Positions 60,153 to 64,000 of a stretch of DNA of 64,000 nucleotides are shown here, piece after piece. Numbering within the stretch: the stretch's first letter is position 1; each line of letters opens with the position of its first letter. Origin of the DNA: Fistulifera solaris. Taxonomy: Eukaryota. A program made the translations under genes and the position numbers. The stretch lies in contig AP026126.1 in NCBI GenBank assembly GCA_030295235.1, positions 496,001 to 560,000 on the forward strand. Reading direction: 5' to 3'. The notes beneath the pieces were generated by a model. The model ran no database searches. It was not told where the DNA came from and saw nothing but the letters and a program-made list of their open reading frames with translations.

Positions 60153-61096
60153 TCATGAAAACGGTATAGGGCCGCTCCCGTCGATGATATCGCGACAATT
60201 CGGCTTTGATTCTCGCCCAAACTCGGGTAGCATCAAGTGCGCATCCCTGCAACGAACTCGGTTCACGTAATCCACAAACTCCTCCCTTGGCATCAACTTC
60301 GAGCCGAGCGTTTGCTTGTAGGCCATATCCATACCCAAATCCCATAACTCAAAACCACACCGAGACAGCAAACGTCCGAGGGTCAGTAGTTGCACCGATC
60401 CGGCCGAATCTTGTACCGTAAAGCCCGTCAATGAAGTATAAATACTACCCACCGTATAACCCAATTCTCCCGCCACCAGATTGTCCAAATCATCCCAAAG
60501 TTCCATCGAATAGAGACGAACCGGACAACACCTCTCAACAACATCGTCCAATACGTGTGTTGGCATTCCTTTGGATGCGTCCGATGAATGGCGGAGAACG
60601 CTTCGACCAGTTGCGGAATAAGCCAACAATTCACACCGTGTTGTCGTCGACACCCATCTACCACTTGATCAAAAGCTTGATTGAACGACGGTCGGTACTT
60701 TTTTGACTTTTTACGAGCCGATTTGGAAATGTGGAGACCGTTCGGTAATTGAATCACGCAGCGATGTTGATGCAACTTGGGCAACAACAATTGTTCGGTG
60801 GCAATCGGCAAGAAACCTTCCGCCATGAGTTGACACACGACATCCGGATGGAACACGGGAGAGACGCAGAAATCTCCATGATACGGGATGACGATGCGTT
60901 TAAGTGATTCGGGGATGTAGGATTGCAAACACCGGCGTCTCTCGGTCATTCGTTGGCGAACGCTGGCGTCCGTTTGTGTTGACTTTCTCAATGCCATGGG
61001 ATGACGCTCATTGTCGGTTGGCGTGGCCGGTGATGAAGAGTTTTCTTGTTCTGTGATCAGTTCATTTGGACGGTCATGCTTGATATTGGGGGCCAT
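60153..61096 (-). CDS. Leucyl/phenylalanyl-tRNA-protein transferase (Aat)-like aminoacyl transferase; frameshift near 60570
   Basis: LLLPKLH..RC, HISKSARK, FNQAFDQVVDGC, CWL, SMELW...LVAGELG...GSIYTSLTGF, WDLGM..YK. Confidence 0.85.
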
Positions 61097-61767
61097 TCTG
61101 TAAAGCGTAGTCGTATAGCGTCTAGACAAACGGGTTAGTTCTGCTTCTAATTTGTTGTTCCGTTCTTGGACGTCTTTCGTCGTAATTTTCCTTTGAGTAA
61201 TTCAAGCCCAAGATAGCTCTTGCGTGATAGGGGTCCGCAGCAACTATTCACCAAGTGAGAAAGAAAGGAATGGCATTCTATTATTTCATCTTCCCTCGCC
61301 AGTTCGCAAAAAACAAAAGGGTCGTCCAAATCCAAAGTCTCCGCCGGTCACGAACGAGTACCGTTATTTACTATTGGACGGTCTGTACAAAGTAGTCTGT
61401 AGGTAATATTATGGTTTCAGTCCCAGAAGTCATCCACGGCCATGGTTCCCCTTACCTCTTGACCCCGATGTTGACCAGCATTCGAGGCTACCGACATAGT
61501 AAACGCCTTTCGACCTCATTACTCAATCAATCATAAATCGCAAATGAAGACAAGAATAATCCTTGATAACGTCATAAAGGCACCCGTAACATGGTAGAAA
61601 AATTTATTGTACTATGTATAAATTTAAAAAACAAAAGGCTGACCGTGGTGTACGCGAGAAATCTGAACGGATCCGCTGTTGCTTTGTCAAAGAAGTCCAA
61701 AAACCTAAAATGTGTGTTAGTTTCTTTCTGGCAGAGGGGGTAAGCAGCAAAAGAACCTTGCGGATCT

Positions 61768-61812
61768 AAGTGTTGACGGTTTTTCGCCACGACTGCATTT
61801 CAGTCATGAGTC
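61768..61812 (+). repeat. Copy of promoter-proximal hairpin element
   Basis: AAGTGTTGACGGTTTTTCGC-CACGACTG-CATTT-CAGTCATG-AGTC. Confidence 0.9.
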
Positions 61813-61994
61813 ACTTTCCTTCCGAGCAACGCTACTACGCTACTACCAAACTTCCACTTGGATTCTGCTCAATGAGCGGGCGTTTTTTTTGTTTCATTCA
61901 GAAAGCAATAGCGTTCAGCAGCATTTGCAATACACGCGGCGACTCATAATGCCGAAAGTCCTTACGGATCTCTGTTCTTCCGTACAAAGTATTT

Positions 61995-62051
61995 ACTATA
62001 TAGCTCAAGTGTTGACGGTTTATCGCCACGACTGCATTTCAGTCATAAATC
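61995..62051 (+). repeat. Copy of ~55-bp promoter-proximal hairpin element
   Basis: ACTATATAGCTC-AAGTGTTGACGGTTTATCGC-CACGACTG-CATTT-CAGTCAT; 62007-62046 differs from 61768-61807 at 1 of 40 positions. Confidence 0.9.
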
Positions 62052-62210
62052 AATCTCATCAGAACCGGTGCGTCAGGAAGACACACGTTGAAGCAATCGT
62101 CATCGCAAAATGGACGACGGATGAGAGAAGGAACAACATCAACATCAATAAGAGCCGACCTCCCTCCAAATATTTAATACAGAGTAGGTCTTCTTGCACT
62201 CTCTTTTACC

Positions 62211-63711
62211 ATGAGAATACAATCAACTGCTATTTTAGCTCTCACTAGTGTCACTTCCGCGTATGTGGTGACGACCCCCAACGAGTTCCGTCGCTGTGCA
62301 CGCCGCTCCGGGCTCGTTGGGGACGGGAGAAGGATGGATTGATCCTTCGGCACCCGTCGGAAGTGCCGCCTCTCTCAAATTAACGCTCCAAAAATCATTG
62401 GAAGGATGTGAAAACTTTACCAAGCGTTTGAGTTTGCTCGGATCGACGGGATCGATTGGGACACAGACGCTCGAAATTGTCGACGCGTGTCCGGACAATT
62501 TTGTGGTTGACGCACTCTCGGCGGGGACGAATGTGGAATTGTTTGCGAAGCAAGTTCTTAAGTATAAACCGAAAGTGGCGTCTTTGGCGACCGCGGAAGC
62601 GGCGGCGGAGTTGAAAAGAGCGTTTGGTGGCGGCGGGATGTACCGAGATGCCCCAGATTGTATTTGGGGACGAAGGTATCTTGGAAGCGGCCACCGTCAG
62701 TTCCGCGGATACGGTCGTCACCGGTATTGTCGGCGCGGCGGGTCTCAAGCCAACGATTGAAGCTATCAAACTCAAAAAAGACATTGCTCTCGCTAACAAA
62801 GAAACATTGATTAGTGGTGGGCCCGTCATCAATCCTCTCGTCGAAAAATACGGAGTCGGAATGGTGCGTCTAACGCAATGATACTTTTCTTCTTTGCGTT
62901 TGCTCATCTCTCACTCACATTTTTAACGACACAGCTCCCCGCGGATTCCGAGCACAGTGCTATCTTTCAGTGTTTGCAGGGTGTCCCGGAAGGAGCTCTG
63001 CGTCGCATCATTCTTACCGCATCGGGTGGGGCCTTTCGTGATTTCTCCAAAGAAGAACTGTTCCGCTTGTGCCAAGAAGATCCGCGCATGATTCAGGCCA
63101 AGGCCACTACTCATCCCAACTGGGATATGGGTGCCAAAATCACCCTCGATAGTGCCACCATGATGAATAAGGGATTGGAAGTCATTGAAGCGCATTACTT
63201 GTTTGGAGCCAGCTACGACGATATCGATATTGTGATCCATCCTCAATCGATTGTGCATTCCATGATTGAAACACAAGACACGTCTTGTTTAGCTCAATTG
63301 GGATGGGCCGATATGCGTTTGCCGTTGGTGTACAGTGTTTCATGGCCGCACCGACTCCGTATGCCCTACAAGCCACTCAATTTGGCGGAACTGGGAACGC
63401 TCACGTTCAAAGCACCGGATACGGAAAAGTATCCGTGCATCAAATTAGCCTACGAAGCTGGAAAGATGGGTGGAACCATGACCGCCGTGTTGAATGCCGC
63501 CAATGAAGCGGCCAACGAAATGTTCCGGGCGGATGTCGGTCTCGGATTTCTCGACATTCCTCGATTAATTGAAGGTGCCATGGAAGCACACAAGGAAGAG
63601 TTAAAGACAAAGGACATTGTTTTGGACGATATTCTGAATTACGATCAATGGGCACGCCAACATGTTCGTATTGCGAGTCAAAAATTGGACAAGAACCAAC
63701 TTTTCGTATGA
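62211..63711 (+). CDS. DXR: 1-deoxy-D-xylulose 5-phosphate reductoisomerase (plastid MEP pathway); intron 62864-62934; frameshifts near 62280 and 62620
   Basis: [18 protein letters not shown] presequence; [67 protein letters not shown]. Confidence 0.97.
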
Positions 63712-64000
63712 AAGCAAGGTCAAAGTTGGATATGCAGGACATTATAACTCTTTGATAATAAAGCTTCCTTTTTATCCATCCTTACGGCTCCATCATTTGT
63801 CACTAAGTCTAGCCAAACATCAAATAATGACGACGAAGATCGACGCAATAATAACGTATTAGTATTCATTCAATCCGATTTCGACTGACTTTTCGTATTG
63901 AGAGGCCTGGCAATTCCGTCCTCACCAAGTTGCAAGCAACGGTTCGAATGAATGACTTCATCCGTCACAAATTTTGACTGCCCAGGAGAAATCACGCAAA

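Noticed and set aside
434..62047. Hairpin repeats as a CRISPR array or as MITE terminal inverted repeats
   Set aside because: Copies are dispersed, at most paired, and in direct orientation; there is no regular spacer array, cas gene or facing TIR pair with TSD.
2395..62625. Pervasive single-base frameshifts in conserved genes (e.g. ~2400, 12135, 13795, 22650, 25790, 37122, 39530, 43495, 51165, 55340, 62280) as programmed frameshifting, RNA editing or mass pseudogenisation
   Set aside because: They mostly fall in A/T/C/G homopolymer runs, share no common slippery or stop context, and hit essential genes (DXR, uS15m) with otherwise intact motifs. This fits long-read indel error; short-read mapping would settle it.

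Overview
Gene-dense eukaryotic nuclear DNA, very probably from a diatom: short GT-AG introns, bipartite signal+ASAF-like plastid presequences on DXR and LPA1, and a stramenopile-type gene mix. About 34 protein genes are supportable, including Whirly-like, MscS, SET, PAF-AH, CSB/ERCC6, bromodomain, DOT1, LPA1, PIG-F, epsinR, DAO, RPAP1, FKBP-MsrA, eEF3-like ABC, NHE, AlkB-like+glycosyltransferase, SLC25A32, MO25, NodU/CmcH carbamoyltransferase, uS15m, Sly1, L/F-transferase-like and DXR. There is also one intron-containing tRNA-Lys(CTT) and a decayed RLE-type non-LTR retrotransposon fragment. Many conserved genes carry single-base frameshifts, mostly in homopolymers, which most likely reflects assembly indels. 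The most striking unexplained signal is non-coding: a ~55-bp dispersed element (ACTATAG..AAAGTGT..CAYGACTG-N5-CAGTCAYGA) with 8 clear copies. It is intergenic, usually comes in direct pairs 210-240 bp apart, and points toward a gene starting ~105-165 bp downstream. The most interesting proteins are a catalytically degenerate AlkB-fold domain fused to a GT-A glycosyltransferase, a plastid-presequence O-carbamoyltransferase with a C-terminal winged-helix/RRE-like extension, and a Whirly homologue. All family calls come from motif recognition by eye; no database search was run.
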